A DNA stretch of 63,810 nucleotides, filler included, from Intoshia linei (taxonomy: Eukaryota; Animalia; Orthonectida): NCBI GenBank assembly GCA_001642005.1. It is 14 parts of 14 records of this genome, joined end to end, with 100 filler letters (N's around TTAATTAATTAA, not from the genome) between each part and the next. Parts side by side here need not be neighbours in the genome. Positions count along the whole stretch, not along the records: positions 21,477 to 29,344 come from LWCA01001511.1; positions 29,445 to 36,210 come from LWCA01001643.1; positions 36,311 to 51,533 come from LWCA01000937.1; 11 more parts are not named here. One strand, given 5' to 3'. Positions 28,501 through 41,962 of this stretch are shown piece after piece. The notes beneath the pieces were generated by a model, which was given only the letters and a program-made list of their open reading frames with translations, was not told where the DNA came from and searched no databases. The position numbers and the translations under genes are program-made. Position 1 is the stretch's first letter; each line of letters begins with the position of its first letter.

Positions 28501-28873
28501 TTAACCTAAATCTCTATTTCACTTTATCACTATATTAACTAAAGTAACTAATTAAAAATTTTAACTTCAGAGATGAATCTTTGATTTTCTATTCTTACAA
28601 GGAAGGTGCCCTCGAAATATTATTTATAAAAGTCAGTACTGATTGTGGTTCCACGAAACTAACATTGTCTATATTAATGCACCCTATATTTTTTTGAATT
28701 AAATTAATTTATTTAGAGCCATAAATCAGTGGATAAAACCATCAAACAGTCAATGCGGTGTTGATTTATTTGTTCCAAATATTAAAAAGGCAGGACGTTA
28801 TTTACAAATTCATGAAACTATACTAGACAATGTTGTATTTAACCGAAATAGGTCTCGAAACAGACGCAAGTAA
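25529..28873 (+). CDS. AEBP2: AEBP2/jing C2H2 zinc-finger PRC2 cofactor
   Basis: [23 protein letters not shown] and KPYLCVV..C..LTRHINGH fingers plus K/R-rich motif. Exons 25529-26593, 26628-26698, 28717-28873. Confidence 0.85.
27277..27760. mobile_element. hAT MITE in AEBP2 intron
   Basis: TIRs AAGTGGTGGGC / GCCCACCACTG; 8-bp TSD GCTTAAGG / GCTTAAGC. Confidence 0.8.
27800..28301 (+). mobile_element. hAT (Charlie/GTF2IRD2-like) transposase 3' relic
   Basis: FWNSMP..FSSTYSCESLF dimerisation motif; terminus GGCTGCCATCACTG; inverted second copy begins at 63316. Confidence 0.75.
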
Positions 28874-29444
28874 AGTGTTTTAATTTGTACATTTGTTTTG
28901 ATTAAATTTTATTAACCTTGAAAGTATTGAATTTTTCATCTCCACCATATTTTCAATGTATATCAATGTGTTTTAGATAAACATACTTTACAACAGGTAG
29001 TTATGACGTTATTCTACAATAGTGTTGTGATTTGATACCAGCAGAAATATTTACGATTATAAATTTAATGATATAAGCAATTTGATATTACAACATGGTT
29101 TTATTTGTTTAAGAAATTCATTTATCTCTAGTTTCTTACCATTCTGTAATATATAAACCTATAACATGAACCAAACTGAATTCATGACTCATTTTTGGGT
29201 ATTATTTTTTTATTTATTCGTTTTATAAATTAAAAATGTTGGTATTGGTAATTTTAAAGAAATTTAGTTTGATATAAATTGACCAGTAGGTATATATTAG
29301 GTCGTTTCATAAGTAATGTCGTTTTTTTAACAAAATTAAAAAGTNNNNNNNNNNNNNNNNNNNNNNNNNNNNNNNNNNNNNNNNNNNNTTAATTAATTAA
29401 NNNNNNNNNNNNNNNNNNNNNNNNNNNNNNNNNNNNNNNNNNNN

Positions 29445-30690
29445 AAACAAAATTCTTATCAACGTACATAAGTAGAAGTATTACAAATACCCAGTAAATA
29501 TGATTTGGGTGAGTAAATGGAAAATGAGTATTAATAAAGTGTGTAGGAGGGATAAATGATCAAAATAACAGAGAATCCTTAGAAAAGCAAACGAATAACA
29601 TTTTTGGATAGATTGAAGAAACATCAAGATTGTAAACCATGTCAAACAGCAAAGACAACCCGTCCATTGATAAAAGGTAATCGTATAAAAAAATTAAAAT
29701 ATTGACCGGTACAAAGTCCTAATTTAAACATTATTGAAGACATGTGAAAAATTTGACAGATACGGTTTATAAGCTACATTCAGTCAACTTATGAGAACGA
29801 TGGAAATATATACACGACGAATGGGACCACGTACCTCTAAAAATTGTTTGATTGTTGTATATCAATTGCCCAGGTTGTATGCCTCATTGCCCAGAAGAAT
29901 TGTATCAGTGATTAAATATAAATAATGGAATACTAAATATTAATAATTTTATATATATTTATCTAATATTTTCATTTAATTAACATAATTAATTGTATTA
30001 TTTTATAGGTGCTTAAGACTTATGTGCTCGGAATTTTGCAATTTCAATTAAAAATACCTAATTCAATTCAAAATTTTAATTGACAGTTCAAAAAACGATA
30101 TATTGCCTTGAGAAGTAGTTTATCTTATAATAAATACATCTTGATTTGAAATGTGACTTGTTTTCTCAACATTCTTGTCATATATAAGATTCATCAATTT
30201 TTTCACTTTTAAAGAAATAAAAATTTTTACCCCCATCGGATGTCAGCACAAAAGAAGCGAAAATATTCATCAGAAAACAGAATTTTCAATTTAGAGTGGG
30301 AAAACGACTATTTTTTAGTTCAGAATAAGTCTGGAATGATTTGCCTGATCTGCAGAAGCAGTATCTCAATAATAAAGAAATGCAACGCTGAAAAGAACTA
30401 TAAACTTCATTTTAATAATCAGATTACAAAACTTCGAAAGGAAATGATTTTTAATCTCTTCATTGAATTGATTTTAAGAGCAACAATTCTTTGTAAAATA
30501 AACATGAAAGAAAAAGAATTTATGCAAATATATACAACAATTATTTTTATTTTTTGTTGTGGCCACCGATTGTTCAATCGTCGCCCACCCATGCACTAGA
30601 TATTATATAAGAAAAGCTCTTAAATCATGAACCAGGACCGTTTAAATTAATTACAATTGGGGTGCCTAAGACTTATGTCGGGCACTGTAT
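29445..30690 (+). mobile_element. Tc1-like element 3' relic interrupted by an hAT 5' fragment
   Basis: Degenerate (W)PVQSPNLNIIEDM(W) near 29704; terminus ..GGGCACTGTA; ORF 30240-30599 (RIFNLEWENDYF..CLIC) is a GTF2IRD2/hAT N-terminus. Confidence 0.7.
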
Positions 30691-31020
30691 TACATTAATC
30701 CTAGAATTTAAAAAAATTTCAGTTGAAAGTTATATTAGTCAATATCCACAAAAAATTTGAATGAGACAAAGTGACGCTTTAACGGTAAAAAAAGCACTTT
30801 AGTTTTATTATCTTTTTATTATTAAAATAGTTTAACAGTTCGTGACAACTACATGGCCTATGAGAAAAAAAGTGTGTTGCACTGTTTATATAACTCTGGT
30901 TTTAAGATTAATTAAACTTTACTTGATAGAAACGAATCAATCTGAGTTCATGAAGAATTATATCCATGGGTTTGACTTTTGTAGTAAACTTTTTAACCAA
31001 GATTAAAGAAAACACATTAC

Positions 31021-32493
31021 CTTATTTACATGAGTTTCACCGAATATCCAACCGACACCTCTAGGATTAAGTGACCATTTGTCTGTATGTTCATCTGGAT
31101 CGGACCACATTAAATCTGATAAACCAGTTGAATCTTGACTTATTTCTCTGTTTCTATGTAGCATGTCAATTTCCTCGATAGTATCTAATACCGGTGACAA
31201 GCCACCATGCACGCAAAAAATTTTGCTATTAATAATCTAGAATGTAATAAAAATTTAACACACAGTATTCTACAAACCAGGAGTTCCCAAACTCATTTTG
31301 TCTACCGCCCTTTACAAAATTCTCGACTGCGTCCAAAAATATGTATTTAAATATTTATAAATTAAAAATATCTCTGTGACATTGTTTCCTAACTGTGGGG
31401 CCTGGAAATTTCACGAATTAATGGAATTATGAAAACTTGACATTAATGTAATGTTAATTTTGTATAATACTACAATGTAGTTTAAATGTTATGTACTTCG
31501 TACAAATAGCAGCTAGCTCTACCAAGGGCCGATTTTTTAATGTTAATGGATGGGTCGGTGGGTAATATTAAACCCGCTGGATCGACTGATTTGTCGCACA
31601 AATCGTACATACCGCTCCAATTGCTAATAAATCAAAAACACTGTTGCATTTTTTCCAAGAAAAAGATGTTCCGTATTTTTCGATACATTCGTCTAAAATT
31701 ATAATTACATTTTATTTTTAAAATCTAATTAATCAACCATATAATCCGTATACTTTAGAGACAAATCTTGTTTCATGATTTCCACGAATTAAGTGAATAT
31801 TATCAGGCCATCTAAAGTGAATTGTACAATTAACTATTTTGGATTGATTTTAAATGTAAAAATCTTTAAATTAACCTGCATTTATAGCTAAATAATAATG
31901 AAATTGTTTCCAAACTGTAATACCCTCGATCTACATAGTCTCCCTATTAATTTTAAATTAAAACAATTGTATTAAAACATAATCAAGAGATTCCTTTTTG
32001 AGAAATGATAATTTGTAATAATATTTATCGTTAACCTTTAAAGTGATGAAGGCTTTTTGGGTCTAAACTACGGTTACTAAATAGTCATTATCTGCACACA
32101 AGTTAACATTTTTGGAATCCCTGATACAATCCATACATATATAATTATATAATAATAATACAATATAGTGAATACAATAAATACTAAAAATAAATATTTG
32201 GTTTGAGAGGGATGTCCTCCCAGTGAAAATAACTTGCGAACATCATAAAACTATACAAATTAGTTAATAAAACTGGAAAAATGATTCAAACTTGTGCGTG
32301 AACATCACCACACACTGAAACATTTCCCGTGATTGACAAAATGTTATCTTCATTTATAAGAATATTTCGCACTTGTTCACATAGTTTCTAAATTTATTTT
32401 AAAACTTGAAAATTTAAAAAGTACTATAAAATCTCGTTCAGGAAGACACTTACAATTTTCCAAAATACTAATATATTTATCAATATCGCACAT
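31021..32493 (-). CDS. PPP-family Ser/Thr phosphatase catalytic subunit, PP6c-like; 3' exons missing
   Basis: Seven exons with CGDVHAQFYD, GDYVDRGYYSLET, RGNHE, VYGLYDEC, CVHGGLSP, DLMWSDP, PRGVGWIFG. Confidence 0.85.
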
Positions 32494-33615
32494 TATTCAA
32501 TTGTATTTCAGTGTCTTTATAATTAATTTGAGATAACTTGCAGCATTGTAAAAGTATATTTAAAATACATGAGTTCTAGTTTATTGAACTACAATAAATA
32601 ATAACAGTTATTGTTTATTTTTTAAGATATATTGGTTTGATTCAGTATTTTAGATGTAGATTCTACTATTATAACGACATATTTTCATTAGTTTTGGATG
32701 TAGACATATATAAAAGTAAAACTACAGTCAACTTTCGTTAGTAAACAATTCTTTATGAGACAATTTTCAATTTGAATATCAATAGTAGACAAAAATTCGT
32801 GAATTATTACTATTGACGATTTAATATATATGTGTATCTATCGATATTCAACTTTAATTTAAATTTGTATTTACTTTATACAAATTGTACACATTTTATC
32901 GTGTCCGTTCAAATGATCGTAAAATCACATAATCGTCGTTTTTCAATCGTAAATCAAAAGATCGTATTTTATAATCGTAGTTAATATTAATTTTAATATA
33001 TGATAATATTTGATCGTAGATCTACAACCCAAATTAAAACTGAAATATTAAGATACCATATTATACCTACAAATGATATTACAAAACAATTAGAAATATT
33101 CTATGGTGTTCACACCAGAGAATATTTTTTTATCCAGTTCAATTATAAATTCTAATATTAGTATATTTTTACGATCTTTTGATAATGCGCCAGATTTTAT
33201 ATTATTTTATCAATTTGGTATTTAAAATATCAAATTGTAAATTAATAAAGTTGAATATTTATGTGACACAATGCGTCTACCGATTAGTATGTAAAATGTC
33301 AAAAACTAGATATGAAAAATTTTAAAAAATACAAATTCTCGAACAGTTTTTTCATCAGTGTATTACAATAACTTTCAATATCTGAAATTTGCATCTGCAG
33401 GGTCAAATATGAAATTAATTAATTTATTACAATTAAATTAAATCTCGAACCTAAAAATCTAGCTGCAATGTAGCTACAGTTTGTATGCAATGCAAAAAAA
33501 ACCAACTAGTTTATTTTATAAATAGCAACAATTATATTTAAGCAACCAAAATGTATATAATATTTATATTTTGTTTATATTATTTGGAACCATCTATAGA
33601 AACTAAAATATCCAA

Positions 33616-35029
33616 ATGGCCGAATTTTATGAGAATGATATGGGATTACGAGTATATCACAGTCACGATTCCATCAATAAATTTAAAATTACAGTAAAAT
33701 TAGAACGAATAACGTCATGTTCATTTAATGATGCATTTTTTGATAATGAGGATGTAAAAAGTGAATTAAATCACGAAAATAAAAATGAAACCGGTGACAC
33801 TGAGAATAACAAAAAAGAGGAAGCTAAAAGTGAGACACATGAAAAACTCGTAAAAGATAATGAAACGGATAAAAACGGAAACACTGAAAAAAATCCTACT
33901 GAATCAAAACCAAAAAAATCTTCCATTAACAAGATGAGAGATTTGTACAAGGATGAAGAAACATATACATTTAGATGGCAAGAAAAATTGTTTTCCAATA
34001 GAGAAAAAATTTTGTATACTGACGAGGACGAATTTGAAACTGTTCTCGGTAAAAAATATTGTAAAGACGTTGCAAATTTGAAAGACAAAACAAAAAAACG
34101 GCTGTTTACATATATTGATGCTGATAATTATGTTAATCTAAACGAAATTAATAAAAAAATAACTACTGATGATGAAAATTATGAATGTTTATTAACTCAG
34201 GCTATGAAAAAAATTTCCATCAAAAAATTTTCCAGATTTGATATTCCTATTTATAGCAAGTAATTAGTCATTGTAATACAATTTAATCAAGTTTATCAAT
34301 TTTTTTATAGAAAAAATTTCGTTTATTTTAATGTTTATCCGATTACAACAATAACAATATATTTTTCAACTTTAAATTCAGAATAATAACTCAATTATTC
34401 ATAAATTTAGAAACACATCAAAATGGTCGATGCAAAACATAATAAATGACGTCATTTCTCAAGAAGATAAGACAAAAACACACCTCTTGTGTAAATCTCA
34501 TAGTTGCATGTTTATTATGGCTGATTTATCACCGACACAAATGTAATAATGTAACTATAGTTATCAAATTGTTCAGTTGGGTCGTCTTATTTAGCGTATA
34601 TTTTTGTAGTTAGGATTCAAATTAATTAATTTTTATATTTTTAAGTCGACCAAAGATGTCGACTTGCGGGAACGCACGTCAAAAACGCCCTTATTCCTTG
34701 TAGACAGTAATATATAAATAATTGTTAGAAATTTAAATTGAATAAATCTGCCCACGGTGAGAATCACAGTAATAGAGTAAATAATTTTAATGTATAGTCT
34801 AAGTTTTCAATGTAACTTATATTTTAAGTTAATATGTATCTAGGGAAATTCAAAAAGACAATGTTGAATACGAAGAGATATTGTGTGCTATATATTATGA
34901 TGGAAACGGAGTATTGTATATGACTCCTGGTTTTAATGAGACTTTTAAAAAGTATAAAATTAAATCTAAAGGAATAGGACAGGATATGTACGAATATCGA
35001 CTTGAAATTTGTGATAAAGATATTATGGA
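33616..35029 (+). CDS. MKS1: Meckel syndrome 1 transition-zone protein, 5' exons
   Basis: VYHSHDSI..LERITS, WQEKLFS, RLFTYIDAD; exon from about 34411 has MFIMADL; exon from about 34843 has YEEILCAIYYDGNGVL..P.F. Confidence 0.85.
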
Positions 35030-36480
35030 GTATTATCATTTTTTAAATAATTATTTTACAGCTCTATCACTTTTCAAAATACCAATCATTTTTGATTGTT
35101 TCATTTTATTTTAAAAAAAAAGTAATTTGGGCTTTCTACCCCAAAGGACTCAATTTCTGACAATGATGTTTTCAATAAAACATCATTATCGAACATTATA
35201 TATATTATTATACTATACACATATATTATACTAGGTTGATTGTTATGTACTACGTAAAACAGCATCTAGCTCTGCCGAGGGCACATTATTATTTTACCAA
35301 AAAAATAAATTCACGTTGATAATCTAACTTAAAAATCTTGTTATTCACTATTATCAATTTTTAAAGGAGTGGTTCCCAAACTTGTTTCAGGTTAACTGTC
35401 ATATCACATTACGTTTTACTTTAAAGTGAATTATTCCATCTTAATTTTGTTTTGTTTGATAACATTTGCGTAAAGAATTTTAAAAACAATTGTTATCCCA
35501 TTTTTTTAATTTATTAGACGAATGTGTCTATAATACTATAAATAAAGTAAAAACAGTCCAATCCAAAAAATTATCATAAATATCATAAATTCAAAAAAAA
35601 ATAAAATTATAAAAACCTATTTTGTCATTTTCAATGTGATAATATATATTCATTACCAATTTAATAAATACTTAAAAATACCAATTATGTATCAATAATT
35701 AACGGAATTAACGATATTGCCTAGGATTGTAATAAATATCAAAATGATAATAACAAAGTTGTATTACTTTTAGTAGTTGTTGTTTTAGTTTTTATTTAAA
35801 ATGTTTTGAAAATGAGAATTTGAGATTGAAAAATTGCCTAGCAATGAAAAAAATTACGAAGGAATTAATTATATATATTTTCACCTATATTTCTTTATTA
35901 GAAATGTGTAGACGTTCAATAAATATTTTTTTTTGAAATTGTAGGATCAATATTTACATTTTCAATTTGTATTTTAATCGAAATATTTGAAAAATATTGG
36001 TTGATAATATATTTCAAATTATTTTTCACTGGGAATGCGTAGATTTCTGGGATTAAAATTTTGTATTTATATTAAGTGAAATAAGCTCTATCAGAATAAT
36101 CATTTTTTTAATTGTAATTTTTAATTTAATAATTATCAAAAAAAGGACAATTGGGCTTTTTGACCCGTAAGATGTGAGTTTTGGAGGTTGAAATTTATTT
36201 TGCTAACACCNNNNNNNNNNNNNNNNNNNNNNNNNNNNNNNNNNNNNNNNNNNNTTAATTAATTAANNNNNNNNNNNNNNNNNNNNNNNNNNNNNNNNNN
36301 NNNNNNNNNNCTTTCGTATTTTTAAAAAATTTTGAATACATTTATGTACGTTTCGTTTGAAATTTTCTTATATTTTGAATCCACCTATATACGTATCGGC
36401 TAAAATCTACTGATTTCATGAATACGTAAAACCTGAAATTTGCTTATTTCATCATTACATCTTTCAAGAATTGACACAAN

Positions 36481-37269
36481 TGGACCATAAAATAAGTAAA
36501 TTTAACAATAAAAGGAACAATTGTAGTTTATGTTATTTAAAGAATATAAGAAAGACAACGTGTTACCACTGTATAATGTGTTTAAAGTCATTATGTGCCT
36601 ACCCTTGTTTTTTTGAATATCATACATCAATTTGGCGTGATATGAACATATCCGAAGAATCATCTGAAAATTGTTAATAAATAATATTTAAATTGTAAAT
36701 TTAATCTAATTTCAATATCTATCAGTTTAAAATATATATAAAACCCTTTTCGTATTTTCGTCATATTCTTCATTAAAATACTTCTTTCATATTTTTAAAA
36801 AATTTTGAATACATTTATGTACGTTTCGTTTGAAATTTTTAATATATTTTGAATCCACCTATATACGTATCGGCTAAAATCTACTGATTTCATGAATACG
36901 TAAAACCTGAAATTTGCTTATTTCATCATTACATCTTTCAAGAATTGACACAATAGGGTAAAATATATCAAAATATAAAACTTATCATCATTCTAATTAT
37001 TACAAAATTAATGTAAAAAACCTTTTATAAAATGGTGGAATGGATGAATTTTATGAAATTAAATTTACATGTATATGTGAAATGGATAAAAAATTAAAGT
37101 ACAAAACCCCATATAAAACGGGGTAATGGATAAATTTCATATTACATTTACATGTATATATGTAATGGATAAATTTCGTAAAATTAAATTTACATGTATA
37201 TGTGTAATGAATAAATTTTGTGAAAATAAATTTACATGTATATGTGTAATGCATTCCTCAAAGGGTTAA
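36481..37269 (+). mobile_element. piggyBac 3' end
   Basis: Cys-rich C-terminus (CSLC..T.YHCIMC..LC..CFFEYHT), subterminal tandem repeats 37040-37250, terminus ..AAAGGG|TTAA. Confidence 0.8.
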
Positions 37270-37379
37270 GTTAATTTTTAATATTTTATGTATCAGTGAT
37301 TCTCAATTGGCTCATAGGATACCTAGGTATTTAAAATATCAAATTGAAGGTAAGCGTGATGCAAAATTTTTCCGTACTA

Positions 37380-39420
37380 AACTGAAGTTATACTGGACAA
37401 CCTTTTTTGTGCCATTGTGCACCTCAAATAACATCGAATTCTATTCAAAGTTAAAAAACTTTTTTCACTATTTACTGATGTTACAGTAATCGTAAAGCAT
37501 TAGTTGTATAAGTTTCACGGTTTCAGGTAGAACCATTAACATATCCCAAGTGTTTATTAATCCTAATACTTTATTGATACTTTCACATTTTTTAAAATCG
37601 GTATCATTATAAACGTATTTCAGTTCACTTATTAAGGAATTTGAATCAAATATACCAGGATATTTTGATTTTAGAGAGGATACGTGATTTAAAGGAAAGA
37701 TTTTCGCAAAATCATTAAATTTTTTTATATCAATTAATTCAAACAAATCAAATTCTGCAATGTGCAAAAATCTTTTCTCTAATGCAACTATAATGTTATC
37801 AACTATTTCATAATATCTAGCTTTATAATTTATATTCCTTCGAGTGTAATTTGATGAAACTAGATCATTATTGTTTATAAGATTGGTTGTTTGTAAAAAT
37901 AAATTTTCATAATGATCATCATTTCTTAAACCTTTAATATATACAATAAAATCATTAGAGTGTGTAAATTTTAAGTCCATATTTTTGCTTTGTAATATAT
38001 TGAATAGAATACCAGACTGAGACAATATTTGTTAGAAACAATTGATAAAAAACAAAATTGAAGTCATTTAATTTTACTAGCAAATTATCAGTCTTAGACA
38101 GAGTATCTTCGTCCCACTTATTGCTATCATTCAAAATATATGTTAATGCATTTTTTAAATAAATATTTCCATTTTTAATGTAAGAAACCGTTCTAGATCT
38201 ATAGCACCATCTTATTTCCAACATTGATGTATGCATTGCATACATTATAATTTCTAAAAACCGCTTTTCTTTTTGTGCTTTTGGAAGCAAATTTAGTGAA
38301 GGAGCGTACATGAGCAAAAAAAATTTGAATACCTGCAACTTTTTCAGTGCTTTTGCTAATTAATAAATTTAGCTTATGGGCAAAACAATACATGAAATGA
38401 CCATATAAAAATCCTCTTTTGTAATTTAGTTTTAACTCCATTCAATTCGCCTGACATTACAGCAGCTTCCATCATATTTTTGACTGACTAATTTGTTTTT
38501 TTGCTCCATCAAATTTCATTAAAGATTCTTCTATTACATCAGCCAGCCTTGATGCGGTTTTATTATCACTAACTTCAAAAAACCCTAAAAACCTTTCTAC
38601 AATTTTTGAATTATAAACATATCGAATTATTATTAATAGTTGAGTATGCATGGCAGTCTGTTGTTTAATCTGCCTGGACTGAAATAAACGGAATCCATTT
38701 GAACTTCTTTAAATATCTCATTTTCTATTACTTTATCAATAGCAAATATAATATAATTTTGAATCTGACTGTAAACCCCTGTAAAATATGAACCTTCTTT
38801 TGTCAAAAGTCTAGATTCAAATACACTATCCAATTTAGCAAAACAAAATTTAGCAAAATCTAACAATTCACGATAATTTCCTTTATTTAGACTATTTATA
38901 TTTTCATCGTGTCCACGAAGAGGTATCTCTTGTTTGCAGAGATACAATACAGCATTTCTTAATAGCTTCAAATATTGGCGATTTTGTTAAGTTCATTTTT
39001 TTTTTAAGTTTTAAATTATATTCTTCTTTCTTAATTTTTTCAACTTCACTTAAACAACTGAAAATGTCAAATTTTCCAAAAGTTTTCAAACACTTGTCAT
39101 TGTGGAGATAAGACTGTGATTTACTATGATATTTGATATCTGATCAAATATTTTTAAAATTATTAAAACCAGAACCTTTTCAAGATTGATGATCTTTAAG
39201 TTAAATAGTAAGCAAGGCCAACAATATAACTTCCCAATTGATATGCTTCCACACAACCAGTCAATTTTTTCATACCATTTTATATTAAATTTACGACGAT
39301 TAATACAGATTAAAAAATCAGGAATAGGCGTCCCCGTTCAATAGTAGCTTTCTTTTCAGCGATATTTTTTTGTCCGAATGGTTTAGCTTTCAAATCTTTA
39401 ATAATATCGATATTCATGTA
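37380..39420 (-). pseudogene. hAT (ZMYM1-like) transposase pseudogene
   Basis: Frameshifted segments LCKQEIPLRGHDE..NKGNYRELL, ERFLGF, CFAHKLNLL, RW..R. Confidence 0.85.
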
Positions 39421-39944
39421 ATTAAACTATAAATAATTTAACTTAATATTATTAATAATTTATCCAAATAATCAATAATGAATTCGAAACCTCTAAAAAT
39501 TTTTGGTATTGTTAATTAATATGATAATTTATCATTGATAACGAATTAAATCAAAATAATAAATCGAAAATAAAGATTCAAATTTTTTGTAACTATATTT
39601 AAAATTGACATAACTAAGATGTAAATAATTTCTCATAAAATTTTAGATGTAAGTTACATCATGTAACCGCTATATAAATTTAATTTAAATATGCCAGAGT
39701 TATATGTATTTAATTGATTTAAACATTTATTCAGTTACAAGTAATTGTCAAATGAATAATCTTTTCTGAATTTCAGACTCTAATTATATATAATTACGTT
39801 AATATTTACAAATTAGAAATTAATTTAACAATTATTAAGATATTTACCACTCGAAAATATTAAATGTTTTAATTATTTTAATATTTTTCCAAAACATATA
39901 AAAATATTAACTCGGGCTTTTCCTGAATAGCCCGAGTTGGAGAG

Positions 39945-40498
39945 TTGCCACTGGTAAGTAGCGTGATTCTTTTACTAAAGGCAATTTGTCCTCCAGCTGA
40001 ACCTATCGACGATTCAAATGTATTGATCTTATTGCCGTTAATTGAAGAATATCAAATGACTTCTCTTAAAAAACAATGTGAAAAACATTTATTAACTGTT
40101 GATCCTTCCTTAAAGAATTTAATCACTGCACAAACTTACCATTGTTCTAATTTGATGATTAAATTAAATTTTGTCGCACCTTTACTTTGAGTAAATTATC
40201 TAACGATTCTAAATTTGCTCTAATAAATAAGGAAAATTTAATTAAAATTTTTAAAGCACGCATTAATGATGTTGAACTTAACCTGAAAACTGCAAAAAAG
40301 CTATGTTCTGAGAATAAATATATTTTTACGGAGTATCTAGCTGAAATTGAAAATATAATTTCACCAAAGGACCTTTGTTCAAATTCGAATTGCAAAGCTC
40401 AAGATATCAATATTAAGACATCTAATTGCATATAATGTCTACAAAATTACCGAGATAGGGTTAACAGCAAAAGTAAAGAAATAAGTAGCCTCCTTTGA
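39945..40498 (+). pseudogene. BTB-domain protein fragment, frameshifted
   Basis: LLKAICPPAEPIDDSNVLILLPLIEEYQMTSLKKQCEKHL resembles the BTB C-terminal half; frameshift near 40170 and in-frame stop at 40433. Confidence 0.6.
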
Positions 40499-41962
40499 TT
40501 TATAAATAAAAATATATATATCAATAAAATTTACCATTACGATTATTTTTCAGCTTTGTTATAATTGTAGAATGGTAAGTTCTGTTCGAACGCTTTATTA
40601 CAAATCTGAAGTTAATATTTAATATTTTATGTATCCGTGATTCTCAATTGGCCCATAGGATACCTAGGTATTTAAATTTTTAATACACTTATGTATTATT
40701 ATTAATATCCAATTTATTACGTTTTCTATCAAAATTTTATAAATGTTGCCTAGTAACTTCGCTTTAATGATTTGAGATAAATTTTATAATTTATTACTGG
40801 AGTGGTTATCAACGTTTTTTTTAATTCCTTCCCTTTTTCGATTTTTTTAAATGCCTCCCTCAGTCATTACTTCATTTATAACCAAGTTTTAACTTATACT
40901 ATGTTGTAATTTTGTGCATGTGTAAATTATTCATATTACAGTCACTAATCCTATTTTAAAGTTAAATATTTAACTTTTTACTTGTTTATTTCGATAATTA
41001 AATTAAAATATTTTCCCCCCAAATTTCCACTCCTATTCTTTCTTTCTAAACTTCCTCCCTACAAAAATAAGTTATCTCCTTGGAACCACTTGACTCACCG
41101 TTGAGAATCATTGTATTAATGGTTCTCGTGAAAAAAATGTGGGAACCCCTAGTTTATATGGTATTACGACGAGCGAAGCGAGGAGCTGAAAGAATCGTAA
41201 AGAGCCAGCCAGATGGAAATAGTAGGTCCAATTTAAATTTTTATAAAAATTTTTTACACATATTTCTTCATTCATGATTACTACATTAACATTATTTGTA
41301 CACTTATTCCATTATTATAAATTAATTAAAACTGTTAGTTTTAACATAATTTTTTGAGGAAAGATTTTTTTGTGCGGTTAGCGTGATCATTTTTTTTACA
41401 TTTGACCCGCCAAGCAAATTGAGTCTCACACCCTGCTCTATACATACATTATCTAAAAATTAAAAATAACTAATTGGACTGTTAATAGAACATTTTATTA
41501 TACGATAATTTAGGTATACTTAAAAAATTTTCAACATTACCTATTAATAAATTAAAATAGTAGACCCGGGAAATATGGCCCTAGGCCCACTCCACTGCTG
41601 TGGGATTATACGATTAACAAGTAAAAAAACACATTAATCAATCAAAAAGCCATTTTCTATCTTGTTCATATGGATAAGAAAAATTCGATCTATTTATCTT
41701 TAATAAAGCCCAATTTTTAAATGTCCCATTGATTAAAATAAAGTTAAAAGACATAATAACCAAATTTGCTAATACTTTTTTCGATTGTTCATTATAGAGT
41801 ACGACTGTAACATGAAGATTTACATTATTTAGTTTTGATCATAACAGAAAACAAGAAACGATGAAATATACACAAAAATAAATGCAAAAATTGTAAAAAA
41901 GATATAAGGTACCGTTTATTGAATACAAAATAAATTTGGTAGGATTATGAATAAAATTTTGG

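Noticed and set aside
28571-28700. Alternative last exon of AEBP2
   Set aside because: In-phase acceptor exists but lacks homology; the exon at 28717 fits the AEBP2 C-terminus better.
36318-36953. About 160-bp direct repeat resembling LTRs (also 51650-51815 vs 52724-52860, and 17980-18030)
   Set aside because: Each is associated with a single N or a contig end, typical of unresolved overlaps; no LTR hallmarks.
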